A stretch of 64,000 bases of DNA from a bacterium (GCA_963693055.1 OY843751.1:64001-128000); one strand, 5' to 3'; positions 26,985 through 37,339 are shown, numbered from the stretch's first letter. Numbers and translations are program-made. Notes: a model not told the origin generated them from the sequence alone.

Positions 26985-28085
26985 TTATTTTTGAGTTTGT
27001 GGAAAAGAAAGCTGAATCTTGCTGGGTTCATATGCTTTACCCTCGTCCGGTGTAGACAAACCGAATGGGCGCATATCTTTGGTCAATTTCCTCAATTGGT
27101 TGCTGAAATCAATATAGCCCAAGTAATTGATATCGATCATGAGTAATTTTTTAATTTTTTCTTTGAATGCAGCCGCTTCTGTAGCTTCCTCTTCGCTATA
27201 AACCATATTGGTTACCATTTTGGGTTTAAAACTTTGAATGGTAGCCATAAAAAATGACGCAGCGCGAGGGTCGAAATTTTGTATTTTTTCAAATACAGAG
27301 TAGAGTGAGTTTTCGTATTTTTGCCAATCCCAATGTTCAAATTCTTTGATCTTGGCAGTAGAAAATTCACAGAAATCAAGCGCTTTAAGTAATTTGCGAA
27401 TTATACTGACCCGTATAAAGTTGAACGCATCCATAAAAGATGTAGGATCCGGGATGGTCACAATGATACCATTGTCACACGCCAGAAATAAATCAATCGT
27501 CTGATAAGAAACACCAGGACTCATGTCAACCAGAACAAAATCCGCTTCAAGCTGATGTAAGTGTCTGTGGAATTTGCTTCTGCTAAAGAAATTGGGATTC
27601 GAGTGTGCAATGTTTGCAATCTCTCCACCAATCAGTTGTACATTGGGATAAGGGGTTTCAACCAGCAATTGTTGAAGTTTTACACCTTTGTATTGAAAAA
27701 AGGTGTTTAACGTGATGGGGGGCCTGCTAACACCTACCCATTCATGCAGATCGGGGCCACCAAGATCAGCATCCACAATGATCACTTTTTTGCCAAGGGC
27801 TCCCAGTTCTATTGCCATTGAAGCGGTTATTGCAGTTTTTCCTACACCGCCTTTGCCGCTGGCAAACGCGTAAACCTTGGACCTCCCGGTTTTCTTTTTC
27901 ATTTTGTCGAAATAAGGTTTAAATTGCTCAATCTTGCCAATGGGTGTCCATTCATTTGTTTTAGGAGTCCAGACAAGATCCCGGTCGGTGGAGAGACCTT
28001 CTTCTATAAACCAGGGGGCATCAGTAGTTTTTAGTGGGCCGTATCGATACTGCGGTGTTTTAATGTATAAAGCATCCATTTCCAT
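26985..28085 (-). CDS. MinD/FlhG(FleN)-family ATPase with N-terminal GYF_2-like extension
   Basis: ASGKGGVGKT deviant Walker A, VDADLGG, VDMSPG, VTIPDPTS. Confidence 0.85.
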   Translation of the reverse strand: MEMDALYIKTPQYRYGPLKTTDAPWFIEEGLSTDRDLVWTPKTNEWTPIGKIEQFKPYFDKMKKKTGRSKVYAFASGKGGVGKTAITASMAIELGALGKKVIIVDADLGGPDLHEWVGVSRPPITLNTFFQYKGVKLQQLLVETPYPNVQLIGGEIANIAHSNPNFFSRSKFHRHLHQLEADFVLVDMSPGVSYQTIDLFLACDNGIIVTIPDPTSFMDAFNFIRVSIIRKLLKALDFCEFSTAKIKEFEHWDWQKYENSLYSVFEKIQNFDPRAASFFMATIQSFKPKMVTNMVYSEEEATEAAAFKEKIKKLLMIDINYLGYIDFSNQLRKLTKDMRPFGLSTPDEGKAYEPSKIQLSFPQTQK

Positions 28086-28325
28086 TTTTTCTCTTTATTT
28101 TACAAGTACGAAAATGTAATACAATAATTATACCACGTATTTGACGACATTTTGTAACAATTGTTCCCCAAAAGCAACACTGACTTTTAAGAGCCAAACT
28201 GTTGTTTTGTAATGATTAAGGTGTGATCAGTGTGTAAATCCCCGCATCACATCTGTGTGTATAATATACAAAAAAATGGACACAGATGCCACACTTTTAT
28301 TTGCATATGGACATGTTAAAAAAGG

Positions 28326-28354
28326 TTGACAAAAACATAAAAAGTTCTTATATT
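28326..28354 (+). promoter_or_regulatory. sigma70 promoter of the tRNA operon
   Basis: TTGACA-N17-TATATT, 15 nt before tRNA-Glu. Confidence 0.75.
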
Positions 28355-28369
28355 TTCTAGCTAACAGTT

Positions 28370-28442
28370 GGCGCATTCGTCTAGGGGTTTAGGACGCTGG
28401 CCTCTCACGCCGGTAACACGGGTTCGAATCCCGTATGCGCTG
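28370..28442 (+). tRNA. tRNA-Glu (CTC)
   Basis: Acceptor stem GGCGCAT/ATGCGCT, anticodon loop CTCTCAC, GGTTCGAATCC; no encoded CCA. Confidence 0.95.
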
Positions 28443-28460
28443 CGAAAGTATAAAATATAC

Positions 28461-28534
28461 GCGCCCATAGCTCAATTGGATAGAGTGTCTGGCTACGGAC
28501 CAGAAGGTTAGGGGTTCGACTCCCTTTGGGCGCG
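28461..28534 (+). tRNA. tRNA-Arg (ACG)
   Basis: GCGCCCA/TGGGCGC, loop CTACGGA, GGTTCGACTCC. Confidence 0.95.
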
Positions 28535-28558
28535 CTTAAAAAAACGACGGCACCCGAT

Positions 28559-29014
28559 ATGAATGATCATTCAAGTTGGATGCGATTTGCACTGGCTGAA
28601 GCTCAAGAAGCTTATGCCAAAGATGAAGTGCCGATAGGTGCAGTCATTGTGTGCAATGGGGAGATCATTGGCAACGGACATAACCTGGTAGAGACACGCC
28701 AGGATCCCACCGCACATGCTGAAATGCTGGCAATTCAGGCGGCATCACAGGCAAAGCATTCATGGCGATTAGAAGACTGTATTTTGTATACCACACTTGA
28801 GCCCTGTGTTATGTGTGCGGGAGCCATTTTGCTTTCCAGGATCCAGGCAGTGGTGTTTGGAGCATACGATCCCCGATATGGTGCTTGCGGTTCTGCTTTG
28901 CAGATAGCCGACAATGATCGTTTGGATGTCAGGGTCCCCTGTACAGGCGGTGTACTGGAAAAAGAGTGTAGCACTATAATTAAAACTTTTTTTGCCGAGA
29001 TCCGTAAACGGTAA
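28559..29014 (+). CDS. tadA: tRNA adenosine(34) deaminase
   Basis: [26 protein letters not shown]. Confidence 0.95.
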   Translation: MNDHSSWMRFALAEAQEAYAKDEVPIGAVIVCNGEIIGNGHNLVETRQDPTAHAEMLAIQAASQAKHSWRLEDCILYTTLEPCVMCAGAILLSRIQAVVFGAYDPRYGACGSALQIADNDRLDVRVPCTGGVLEKECSTIIKTFFAEIRKR

Positions 29015-29030
29015 CATGAACGCACCAACT

Positions 29031-29115
29031 GGAGAGATGCGAGAGTGGTTGAATCGGGCGGTCTCGAAAACCGTTGTGCCTTCGGGTACCCAGGGTTCGA
29101 ATCCCTGTCTCTCCG
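29031..29115 (+). tRNA. tRNA-Ser (CGA)
   Basis: GGAGAGA/TCTCTCC, loop CTCGAAA, long variable arm. Confidence 0.95.
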
Positions 29116-29139
29116 CACATTAAAAATTTATCTTTACCC

Positions 29140-29225
29140 GGAGAGGTGTCCGAGTGGCTTAAGGAGCACGCTTGGAAAGCGTGTGTAGGCAACCCCTACC
29201 GCGGGTTCGAATCCCGCCCTCTCCG
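29140..29225 (+). tRNA. tRNA-Ser (GGA)
   Basis: GGAGAGG/CCTCTCC, loop TTGGAAA, long variable arm. Confidence 0.95.
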
Positions 29226-29307
29226 CTTTCAACTTGTCATTATTTGACAAGTTCTTTTTTTATATGGCTATTGCAAAGCCATAATTGAAAAATTTATTTG
29301 AAATGTA

Positions 29308-29404
29308 AGCCAGGCCCTGCGCAACGGAGGCGTGCTAAACCCCGTCAGGACCGGAAGGTAGCAGCGGTAGGTACACAATCTGTGTGCCGCAGGATCACCT
29401 GGCT
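29308..29404 (+). ncRNA. ffs: SRP RNA (4.5S, small bacterial type)
   Basis: Conserved core GTCAGGACCGGAAGGTAGCAGC, terminal pairing AGCCAGG/CCTGGCT, directly upstream of dnaX. Confidence 0.92.
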
Positions 29405-29433
29405 ATTAATTTGAACAAGCAAGCGGTATCGAT

Positions 29434-31113
29434 ATGTCTTATTTGGTTTTGGCCAGAAAATACCGACCCATGTTTTTTGATGATGTAGTGGGCCAGCAGC
29501 ACGTTACCCGTACGCTGCAAAATGCCATTGAGCAGAACCGTCTTGCTAATGCCTATCTTTTTTCCGGTCCGCGTGGTGTAGGTAAGACCACGGTTGCCAG
29601 AATTCTATCCAAAGCTTTAAACTGCGAAAACGGTCCTACTATCAGTCCATGTAATACCTGTTCATTCTGTCGGGAAATTAACGAAAGTCGAAGTCTGGAT
29701 GTTTTCGAGATTGATGGTGCGTCTAACCGTGGTATTGATGAAGTTAGAAATCTGCGTGAGAGTTTGCGCTATTCTCCCAATCCCGGAAAGCATCGTATCT
29801 ATATCATTGATGAAGTTCACATGCTCACCAATGAAGCGTTTAACGCTTTATTAAAGACACTTGAAGAACCCCCAAAAAATGTCTTGTTTGTCTTTGCCAC
29901 GACCGAGGCCCACAAGCTTCCGGCAACTATTTTGTCCCGTTGTCAGCGTTTTGATTTTAAGCGTATTACCAACAAGGGATTAATTGAGCAGCTAAAGAAC
30001 CTTTGTGAACAGGAAAATATCGAGATTGAAGATGAGGCTTTGCGACATATTGCTAACAAGGGTGATGGCAGTATGCGTGACTCGCAAAGTATTCTTGATC
30101 AAATTATTGCCTATGCTGGTAAAACCATTACCGGTGCGGATGTAGAAAATCTGCTGGGAATTATCAATCAGGAACTGTTCTTTCAGGTGAGCGATCTGAT
30201 CCTGCAGGGAGATGTTGAAGGTGGTGTTCAGCTGGCTGCCAAGATTTTTATTGAGGGATATGATTTCAGCGAGTTCCTGATGGGTTTGTCTGAACATTTG
30301 AGAAATATTCTGGTTGCCAAGGCTACACAATCTACAGAAGAACTGGATGTTTCCGAAGAGTATGCGCAACGTTACCTTGCTGTTGTTGATGCGTTTGAAG
30401 TTGAAGATTTGCTGAGGCTGGTGAAAATTGCCAGCGAGACAGAAACACTGATAAGGCGCAGCTCTAATGCGCGCCTGCATCTTGAAGTGGCGCTTGTTAA
30501 AATGATAAAGCTGAGCAAAAGCGTTACAGTGAATCAGTTGTTTCAAAAACTTGATGACGTAAAAAAAAAAGCTGATTTCGTAACAAAAACGGATACAGTT
30601 CAACCCCAGGCCCAATCCAAACCGGCACCTGCCAGAAAATTCTCCATCGATCTTATAAAAAAGCCAGAAGCAACCCAGGTGAAAAGTGAATCAAAAACGG
30701 ATGATGCGGATTCTTCCGAAACGGATACAACACTAACTCTTGAAGATATTGAAGCCGTATGGGAAAAAGTGCTGAATCAGGTGAGAGACCAACGTATTAA
30801 TGTGGGTTCCTGTTTGACCGAGGGCTGGCCAACGCGGGTAAATGGTCCGATTTTGGAAATCTCCTTTAATCCTCAAAATGGTTTTCAAATGAGTACGGTT
30901 GAGCGAAACAAGTCGATCATTCAGGAAGCCATACAAAACCACACCGGTCAGTCATTGCGTATAAATTGTGTTCCGGATAAAAAAGGCGTATTGGAAGAAG
31001 TGAGAAAGATTGCGCCACCACCGGATAAAAAAGAAGAGTTTGAAAAGCTGGTTAAAGAAAATAAATCAATGCAAAACATTGTTGATACTTTTGATGCTGA
31101 ATTTGTAGAATAA
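29434..31113 (+). CDS. dnaX: DNA polymerase III subunit gamma/tau
   Basis: LARKYRP, GPRGVGKTT, EIDGASNRG, IIDEVHML, SRCQ. Confidence 0.97.
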   Translation: MSYLVLARKYRPMFFDDVVGQQHVTRTLQNAIEQNRLANAYLFSGPRGVGKTTVARILSKALNCENGPTISPCNTCSFCREINESRSLDVFEIDGASNRGIDEVRNLRESLRYSPNPGKHRIYIIDEVHMLTNEAFNALLKTLEEPPKNVLFVFATTEAHKLPATILSRCQRFDFKRITNKGLIEQLKNLCEQENIEIEDEALRHIANKGDGSMRDSQSILDQIIAYAGKTITGADVENLLGIINQELFFQVSDLILQGDVEGGVQLAAKIFIEGYDFSEFLMGLSEHLRNILVAKATQSTEELDVSEEYAQRYLAVVDAFEVEDLLRLVKIASETETLIRRSSNARLHLEVALVKMIKLSKSVTVNQLFQKLDDVKKKADFVTKTDTVQPQAQSKPAPARKFSIDLIKKPEATQVKSESKTDDADSSETDTTLTLEDIEAVWEKVLNQVRDQRINVGSCLTEGWPTRVNGPILEISFNPQNGFQMSTVERNKSIIQEAIQNHTGQSLRINCVPDKKGVLEEVRKIAPPPDKKEEFEKLVKENKSMQNIVDTFDAEFVE

Positions 31114-31126
31114 CCAAGGAGCGTTT

Positions 31127-31450
31127 ATGAATAAAGCAGCTATGGGCAATCTGATGAAACAGGCCCAAAAAATGCAAAGAGACATGGAAAAAGCACAGGA
31201 AAACCTGGCAAGCATAGAGGTAGAAGGTACCGCAGGTGGCGGAATGGTAAATGTAAAAGCAACTGCCGCTCAGCAGATCCTTGAGATTAAAATTAATCCC
31301 GAAGTAGTTGATCCTGATGACGTAGAAATGCTTGAAGACCTGGTGCTTGCTGCTGTAAATCAGGCGATGGAAAACGCCAAAGCGCGCGGAGAACAGGAAA
31401 TGGCCAAAGTTACTCCGAATATGGGCAACATGAAGATCCCGGGCTTTTAA
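31127..31450 (+). CDS. ybaB: YbaB/EbfC nucleoid-associated protein
   Basis: MKQAQKMQ, AGGGMV, DVEMLEDLVLAAVN; between dnaX and recR. Confidence 0.95.
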   Translation: MNKAAMGNLMKQAQKMQRDMEKAQENLASIEVEGTAGGGMVNVKATAAQQILEIKINPEVVDPDDVEMLEDLVLAAVNQAMENAKARGEQEMAKVTPNMGNMKIPGF

Positions 31451-31467
31451 TAAAAAGCGAATAGATT

Positions 31468-32064
31468 ATGAAGTACTCATCCGAAGCTGTTGAACGTGCA
31501 ATACACGAACTCAGCAAATTGCCGGGGATTGGCCGAAAGTCTGCCCAACGGCATGTTTTTTATTTGTTAAAAGTGCCGGCAGAAGAAGTGCAGGGACTGG
31601 CAAAAGCGTTGACCGATTTGAAAGAAAAGGTTAAGCACTGTACAATTTGTTTCAATATTACAGAAGATGATCCTTGTGATATCTGCCGTAGTGAACGACG
31701 CGATAAAAAGACCCTGTGCGTTGTTGAAGAAGCCAATGATATTATTGCCTTTGAAAAAACAGGTGAATACAAGGGATTGTACCATGTGTTGGGTGGAGTT
31801 TTGTCTCCATTGGATGGGGTAGGACCTGATGATTTGCGAATCAAAGAATTGCTTGCGCGCTTGAAAGATGATATTCAAGAGATCATTATTGCTACCAATC
31901 CCAACACCGAGGGTGAAGCCACAGCGATATATCTTGCCAAGTTGATAAAACCCATGGGGATTAAATTGTCTCGCATTGCCCGGGGAATACCGGTAGGTGC
32001 GGACCTGGAATATGCGGACGAGCTGACATTAGCCAGAGCACTTGAAGGACGCATGGATTTTTAA
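31468..32064 (+). CDS. recR: Recombination mediator RecR
   Basis: LPGIGRKSA, C4 zinc finger, Toprim (CVVEE, ATNPNTEGEAT). Confidence 0.97.
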   Translation: MKYSSEAVERAIHELSKLPGIGRKSAQRHVFYLLKVPAEEVQGLAKALTDLKEKVKHCTICFNITEDDPCDICRSERRDKKTLCVVEEANDIIAFEKTGEYKGLYHVLGGVLSPLDGVGPDDLRIKELLARLKDDIQEIIIATNPNTEGEATAIYLAKLIKPMGIKLSRIARGIPVGADLEYADELTLARALEGRMDF

Positions 32065-32132
32065 CCTGTTTTCATCTTGCCTTTGATAAAGAGTTTTTTT
32101 ATTATACATATTAAAAAAGATTGGGATATTTT

Positions 32133-32594
32133 ATGAAAAAATATACTGCGCTTTGTATCGCAACTACATTCTTTTCCGGTTTGTTTCCCATAGCGCCCGG
32201 TACCGTTGGTGCGTTTATCGCTGTTGTTGTTTTATGGTTTTTGCCGCCCTTGTCATGGCTGACTTTGGTGATTGCCTCTGCAATCTTTTTTGTCATTGGT
32301 GTTTGGGCGTCTGATATTGCTGAAGCTGAATGGGGTAAAGATCCTGGCAAAGTCAACTGGGATGAAGTTGTTGGTATGATGATTTCGGTTATTGCATTGC
32401 CCGCAAAGCACTGGATCATCTATGTGGCCGCGTTTTTTGCATTCAGGATATTTGATATCATCAAGCCTTTTCCTGTAAACAGAATGGAAAATATCAAAGG
32501 CGGTATGGGTATTATGGCAGATGACGTAATGGCCGGAATTTATAGTAATCTGGTGTTACAGATCATTTTCCGGTTTATTTATCATGTTTCTTGA
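32133..32594 (+). CDS. pgpA: Phosphatidylglycerophosphatase A
   Basis: APGTVG, DPGKVNWDEVVG, FRIFDIIKPFP, GIMADD. Confidence 0.93.
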   Translation: MKKYTALCIATTFFSGLFPIAPGTVGAFIAVVVLWFLPPLSWLTLVIASAIFFVIGVWASDIAEAEWGKDPGKVNWDEVVGMMISVIALPAKHWIIYVAAFFAFRIFDIIKPFPVNRMENIKGGMGIMADDVMAGIYSNLVLQIIFRFIYHVS

Positions 32595-32611
32595 TTTGGT
32601 AAAGTGATTTT

Positions 32612-33856
32612 ATGAATATAGAAATAATTTCCATCGGCGATGAGCTGTTAATCGGCCAAACCGTAAATACAAATGCAAGCTGGATGGGAGATCAGCTTTT
32701 AAATATTGGAATTCAGGTAAAATGGGTCACAACTATTGGTGATGATCGATCACATTTGATAGATGCACTCAAAACCGCTGAATCTCGCGCGGATTCTATA
32801 CTGGTAACAGGCGGTTTGGGACCAACACATGATGATATAACCAAAATGGTTATGACCGAATATTTTAACGATGAATTGATTTTGAGCGAAAAGCTCCTTG
32901 AGCAGGTCAAAGAACGGTTCAGAATACGTAATGTACCCATGGTCAAGGTGAACGAAGAGCAAGCTTTGGTGCCAAAATCCGCTGAAATAATAGAGAACAA
33001 ATTGGGTACTGCTGCCGGTATGGTGTTCACCCGCAATGAAAAGCGTTTTTATGTACTTCCCGGTGTTCCGCGTGAAATGAAAGGCATGATGCATAGCTAT
33101 ATTCTGGATGATATCCGCAAGCGCACATCCGGATCGTTCAAAGTAAGAAAAACTCTGGCTACAACCGGTATCCCTGAAAGCACCTTGTTTGAAAAGATAG
33201 GCAATGTTGACGAGATTGAAAACCTTGCCAAAATTGCGTTTTTACCCAATCTTTCCGGAGTAAAGATTCGCATGATTTCGGAAGCGGAAACAGAATCTAA
33301 AGCAATGGAACTTTTGCAGCAGGCTGAAATTATGCTGCGTAAAAATATTGAAGCATTTATATATGCTGAAGACGATATGCCGCTTGAGGATGCCCTGGCG
33401 CAATTGCTGATAGAAAAAAAACAGACCCTTGCCATTGCGGAATCCTGCACGGGCGGATTAATCGCAAACAAGTTTACCAATTTATCAGGTAGTTCCGCGT
33501 TTTTGTTAGGAGGTGTTGTCAGCTACAGCAATCAGGCCAAGATGGATATTTTGGGAGTACCTCCTGAATTGATTGAAATGCATGGTGCTGTTAGCGCAGA
33601 GGTGGCGCAGGCAATGGCAAAAGGTGCCCGCGAACGTTTTGGTGCTGATTACGCCGTATCCACAACCGGTATTGCCGGGCCCACTGGTGGAACGGATGAA
33701 AAACCGGTAGGACTGGTGTATGTGGGTTATGCTGATGCCAACGGAACCAACTTCAAAAAAAGAACTTTTTTTAATGATCGCCTTGGCAATAAAGAGCGAT
33801 TTTCGCAGGTTGCATTAGACCTGCTGCGCAAAAAAATATTGGGTATGGAGCCATAA
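32612..33856 (+). CDS. cinA: Competence/damage-inducible protein CinA (NMN deamidase)
   Basis: IGDELLIG, TGGLGPTHDD, AESCTGG, GAVS, TGIAGP. Confidence 0.95.
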   Translation: MNIEIISIGDELLIGQTVNTNASWMGDQLLNIGIQVKWVTTIGDDRSHLIDALKTAESRADSILVTGGLGPTHDDITKMVMTEYFNDELILSEKLLEQVKERFRIRNVPMVKVNEEQALVPKSAEIIENKLGTAAGMVFTRNEKRFYVLPGVPREMKGMMHSYILDDIRKRTSGSFKVRKTLATTGIPESTLFEKIGNVDEIENLAKIAFLPNLSGVKIRMISEAETESKAMELLQQAEIMLRKNIEAFIYAEDDMPLEDALAQLLIEKKQTLAIAESCTGGLIANKFTNLSGSSAFLLGGVVSYSNQAKMDILGVPPELIEMHGAVSAEVAQAMAKGARERFGADYAVSTTGIAGPTGGTDEKPVGLVYVGYADANGTNFKKRTFFNDRLGNKERFSQVALDLLRKKILGMEP

Positions 33857-33857
33857 T

Positions 33858-34418
33858 ATGGCATATATCCGTACATTTATTTGTTTTGAAATACCTTCAG
33901 GCATACGAAATGAAATTCGTGAATTGCAGGCGCAATTGAAACCATTGGGACGCGGTGTGCGCTGGGTGAACCCCGATGGTATTCACCTGACTTTGAAATT
34001 TTTGGGCAAAGTTCAGGAAAACAATCTGGATGATATAGCAAGCGCTGTTCAACAAGCAGTAACCTCTTGTCGTCCTGCGGAAGTTACAGTTAAAGGAGCA
34101 GGAGCATTTCCCAATTTTAGAAATCCCCGGGTATACTGGGTAGGTGTGAATGAACCCGCGGGAGAAATGGTGCGTTGTCAGCAAGCTATAGAAACGGAAT
34201 TGGAAAAACTGGGTTACGACAAAGAAAATCGCCGGTTTTCTCCGCACTTGACGATTGGCAGAATTAAAGATTCTGATGGTATTGACAGCGTATCTAATGA
34301 ATTACAAACTATTGTTAAAGAATTCGGAGCATTTACAGCAGATAAAGTTATTGTAATGAAAAGTGAGTTAAAACCTTCCGGTGCTGTGTATACTCCGTTA
34401 TATCATATCAACATTTAA
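33858..34418 (+). CDS. thpR: RNA 2',3'-cyclic phosphodiesterase (2'-5' RNA ligase)
   Basis: Two HxT motifs: [15 protein letters not shown]. Confidence 0.93.
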   Translation: MAYIRTFICFEIPSGIRNEIRELQAQLKPLGRGVRWVNPDGIHLTLKFLGKVQENNLDDIASAVQQAVTSCRPAEVTVKGAGAFPNFRNPRVYWVGVNEPAGEMVRCQQAIETELEKLGYDKENRRFSPHLTIGRIKDSDGIDSVSNELQTIVKEFGAFTADKVIVMKSELKPSGAVYTPLYHINI

Positions 34419-34435
34419 TAAGACAGGATCAAGTT

Positions 34436-35506
34436 ATGGCTGAACAGAAAAATGAACGCAAAAGTGTATTAGATTCGGCAATGAGTCAAATAGAGCGCCA
34501 GTATGGTAAAGGATCTATCATGTGGCTGGGTGAGAATAAAAAAATTGCAATTGACAGTATTCCCACTGGCTCCATTTCTCTTGATGCCGCACTTGGTATT
34601 GGCGGTATCCCCAGAGGCAGAATTATTGAAATTTATGGCCCTGAATCATCAGGTAAAACTACACTGGCATTACATATTGTTGCAGAAGCTCAAAAACTTG
34701 GCGGTCTGGCAGGCTTTATCGATGCAGAGCACGCGATGGATGCCGGCTATGCAAAAAAATTGGGTGTAGATACAGACAACCTGTTAATTTCTCAACCAGA
34801 TACCGGTGAACAGGCCCTTGAAATTACCGAGACTCTGGTCCGCAGTAACGCACTGGATGTTATTGTTGTAGACTCTGTTGCGGCATTGGTTCCCCGTGCT
34901 GAAATTGAAGGTGACATGGGCGACGCGCAGATGGGTTTGCAGGCCAGATTAATGTCTCAGGCTATGCGTAAATTGACCGCGGCAATCAGCAAATCAAAAT
35001 GTTCGGTTATCTTTATTAACCAGATCCGTGAAAAGATCGGTGTAATGTTTGGAAGTCCTGAAACGACTACCGGTGGTCGGGCGCTTAAATTTTATTCATC
35101 CGTCCGGTTGGATATTCGCCGTGTTGCGTCCATCAAAGATGGTGAAAATGTAATTGGTAACCGCACCAAAGTCAAAGTTGTTAAAAACAAGGTAGCACCG
35201 CCATTCCGTGAAACCCAGTTTGATATTATTTACGGTGTAGGTATATCCAAAACCGGTGATCTGCTTGATCTGGCAGTTGATAAGGAAATTATAGAAAAAT
35301 CAGGTGCCTGGTTCTCTTATGGAGAAGAAAGGCTGGGCCAGGGACGTGAAAATGTAAAGCGTTACTTGTCTGAAAATCCTGCAATGATTGAAGAAATTGA
35401 AGTCAAAGTGAGAAAAGCTTTGGATTTGATTCCGTCTGATGAGGAACCTGAAAAAGAAGCAGTAAAAGAAAAAACAGAAAAAGAAGAAACGACTGACGAT
35501 AAATAA
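34436..35506 (+). CDS. recA: Recombinase A
   Basis: [33 protein letters not shown]. Confidence 0.99.
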   Translation: MAEQKNERKSVLDSAMSQIERQYGKGSIMWLGENKKIAIDSIPTGSISLDAALGIGGIPRGRIIEIYGPESSGKTTLALHIVAEAQKLGGLAGFIDAEHAMDAGYAKKLGVDTDNLLISQPDTGEQALEITETLVRSNALDVIVVDSVAALVPRAEIEGDMGDAQMGLQARLMSQAMRKLTAAISKSKCSVIFINQIREKIGVMFGSPETTTGGRALKFYSSVRLDIRRVASIKDGENVIGNRTKVKVVKNKVAPPFRETQFDIIYGVGISKTGDLLDLAVDKEIIEKSGAWFSYGEERLGQGRENVKRYLSENPAMIEEIEVKVRKALDLIPSDEEPEKEAVKEKTEKEETTDDK

Positions 35507-36153
35507 TGTCTGAAATTCGGCGAATCACCGACATACAGATCCAGCAGAAACGAAAGAGCCGGGTTTCTGTTTTTTTAGACGGAGAGTTTGCCTTTGGTCT
35601 GGATCAGGATGTTCTGATCAAATCCGGAATTGCTCAAGGCGATGAGCTGGATGAAAAGCAGATAGCCGAGATCATTCGCCTTGAAGAATTGAAGCAGGCA
35701 AAAGAAAAGGGTGTCCGTTTGTTGGCAGTACGGGCGCGCAGTAAAAAAGAGTTGAGTGATCGTTTTCGGCAGAGTAAAATATCGGCAAAAGTGATTGAAG
35801 AGGTGCTTGCCGAGTTTGAACGATTAAATTTACTGAATGATACAGAATTTGCAATCATGTTTGCCCGAAATCGTATGATAACCAAGCCGGTAGGTAACAG
35901 GATGCTCAGAAATGAGTTGAGGACCAAAGGTCTGAATGAGCAGGATATTGAAAAAGGTGTCCAGGCAGCATACGATGAAACCAGCGAGTATGAATTTGCG
36001 TACCAGGTAGCGTTGAAAGCAAAAAAAAGATACAGGTCACATGAAGACGACAAGGCGAAAAAGAAATCAACGGATTTTTTATTGCGCCGCGGTTTTACAT
36101 GGGATATTGTGAGTGATATAATGGAAAATTGGGAACAATTGGATATTGAATAA
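35506..36153 (+). CDS. recX: Regulatory protein RecX
   Basis: RSKKEL, LNDTEFA, ELRTKG, LLRRGF; follows recA. Confidence 0.9.
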   Translation: MSEIRRITDIQIQQKRKSRVSVFLDGEFAFGLDQDVLIKSGIAQGDELDEKQIAEIIRLEELKQAKEKGVRLLAVRARSKKELSDRFRQSKISAKVIEEVLAEFERLNLLNDTEFAIMFARNRMITKPVGNRMLRNELRTKGLNEQDIEKGVQAAYDETSEYEFAYQVALKAKKRYRSHEDDKAKKKSTDFLLRRGFTWDIVSDIMENWEQLDIE

Positions 36154-37339
36154 TAAAGAATTAAAAAAATTAAAACATGGTACACGGATGATCCATGCGG
36201 CAGCGCAGCCGGAACAGCCGGTACGTTCGCATGTTCCTCCTATTTACCAGACTGTGAATTTTGAATATGAAACCGCCCAGGATGGGTTGGATATATTTGA
36301 AGGCAAAAAAGAAGGGTATATTTACACCCGCGATGGCAATCCTACCACGGATTTGCTGGCCAATATGGTGGCGTTGCTTGAAAATGCAGAAGCCGGATTA
36401 GCGGCTGCCTCGGGTATGGCTGCTATCAGCAGTGCTGTAATGACGTTTGTAAGACCCGGAGATCATATTGTATCATCCGCTGCTATTTATGGCGGTACCC
36501 GTACCTGGTTTAAAAAGCACCTTGAACCGTTTCTGATCAATACTTCTTTTGTTGATATTACGGATCCGGAGGCAGTCAAAGCAGCCATAACAGACAAGAC
36601 TAAAATTCTGTATACTGAAGTTGTTGGGAACCCACATTTGGTGGTTTCAGATATTCGCAAATTGGCTGAAATCGCCAAAGCGCATAATATCCGTCTGGTT
36701 GTAGACAATACTTTTACACCACCGCCCATCTGTTCTCCATTGGATCTGGGAGCAGATATTGTTGTGCACAGCGCAACAAAATACATTGGTGGTCATGGTG
36801 ATATTATCGGCGGAATGATAGTCAGCGATCTGGAAACCATACGTGAGATTATACCCACCATGAGCAAGTTTGGCGGTGTCATGAGTCCGTTCAACGCATG
36901 GCTTGCCATTCGCGGTCTCAAAACTTTGAATTTGCGCCTTGAACGACATTGTGAAAATGCCATGCGCATTGCAGAGTATTTATTAGCTCATGAACAGGTG
37001 AATAAGGTCTTTTATCCCGGATTGGCGGAACACCATTGCCATGACATTGCCGCATCTCAAATGCAGGGTTTTGGTGGTATGATGGCCTTTGAAGTCAAAG
37101 GCGGCTTTGATGCCGGTAAAACCGTAATGAACAGCGTTAAGGTTTGCAGCTTTACAGTCAGTTTGGGTGAGATCGATACCCTCATCATGCATCCGGCATC
37201 CACATCGCATGTGGGGCTGACGCGTGAAGAGCGGGAAGCTATTGGTATTACCGATGGTATGCTGCGGTTGTCCATTGGCATTGAAGATGTGGACGAGCTG
37301 ATTGCTGATTTAGAGCAGGCTTTGGCGCAGATTAAATAG
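36146..37339 (+). CDS. PLP-dependent trans-sulfuration enzyme (methionine gamma-lyase/cystathionine gamma-synthase family)
   Basis: YTRDGNPT, SGMAAI, VVDNTF, HSATKYIGGHGD, VSLG, LRLSIGIE. Confidence 0.9.
   Translation: MNNKELKKLKHGTRMIHAAAQPEQPVRSHVPPIYQTVNFEYETAQDGLDIFEGKKEGYIYTRDGNPTTDLLANMVALLENAEAGLAAASGMAAISSAVMTFVRPGDHIVSSAAIYGGTRTWFKKHLEPFLINTSFVDITDPEAVKAAITDKTKILYTEVVGNPHLVVSDIRKLAEIAKAHNIRLVVDNTFTPPPICSPLDLGADIVVHSATKYIGGHGDIIGGMIVSDLETIREIIPTMSKFGGVMSPFNAWLAIRGLKTLNLRLERHCENAMRIAEYLLAHEQVNKVFYPGLAEHHCHDIAASQMQGFGGMMAFEVKGGFDAGKTVMNSVKVCSFTVSLGEIDTLIMHPASTSHVGLTREEREAIGITDGMLRLSIGIEDVDELIADLEQALAQIK

Noticed and set aside
28526-28558. Upstream TTG start for tadA
   Set aside because: Overlaps the tRNA-Arg 3' end; the ATG at 28559 fits better
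28735-29192. Minus-strand ORFs over tadA and tRNA-Ser
   Set aside because: Antisense translations of tadA and tRNA genes
28370-29225. tRNA-anchored prophage or integrative element
   Set aside because: No integrase and no duplicated tRNA 3' end seen in the window
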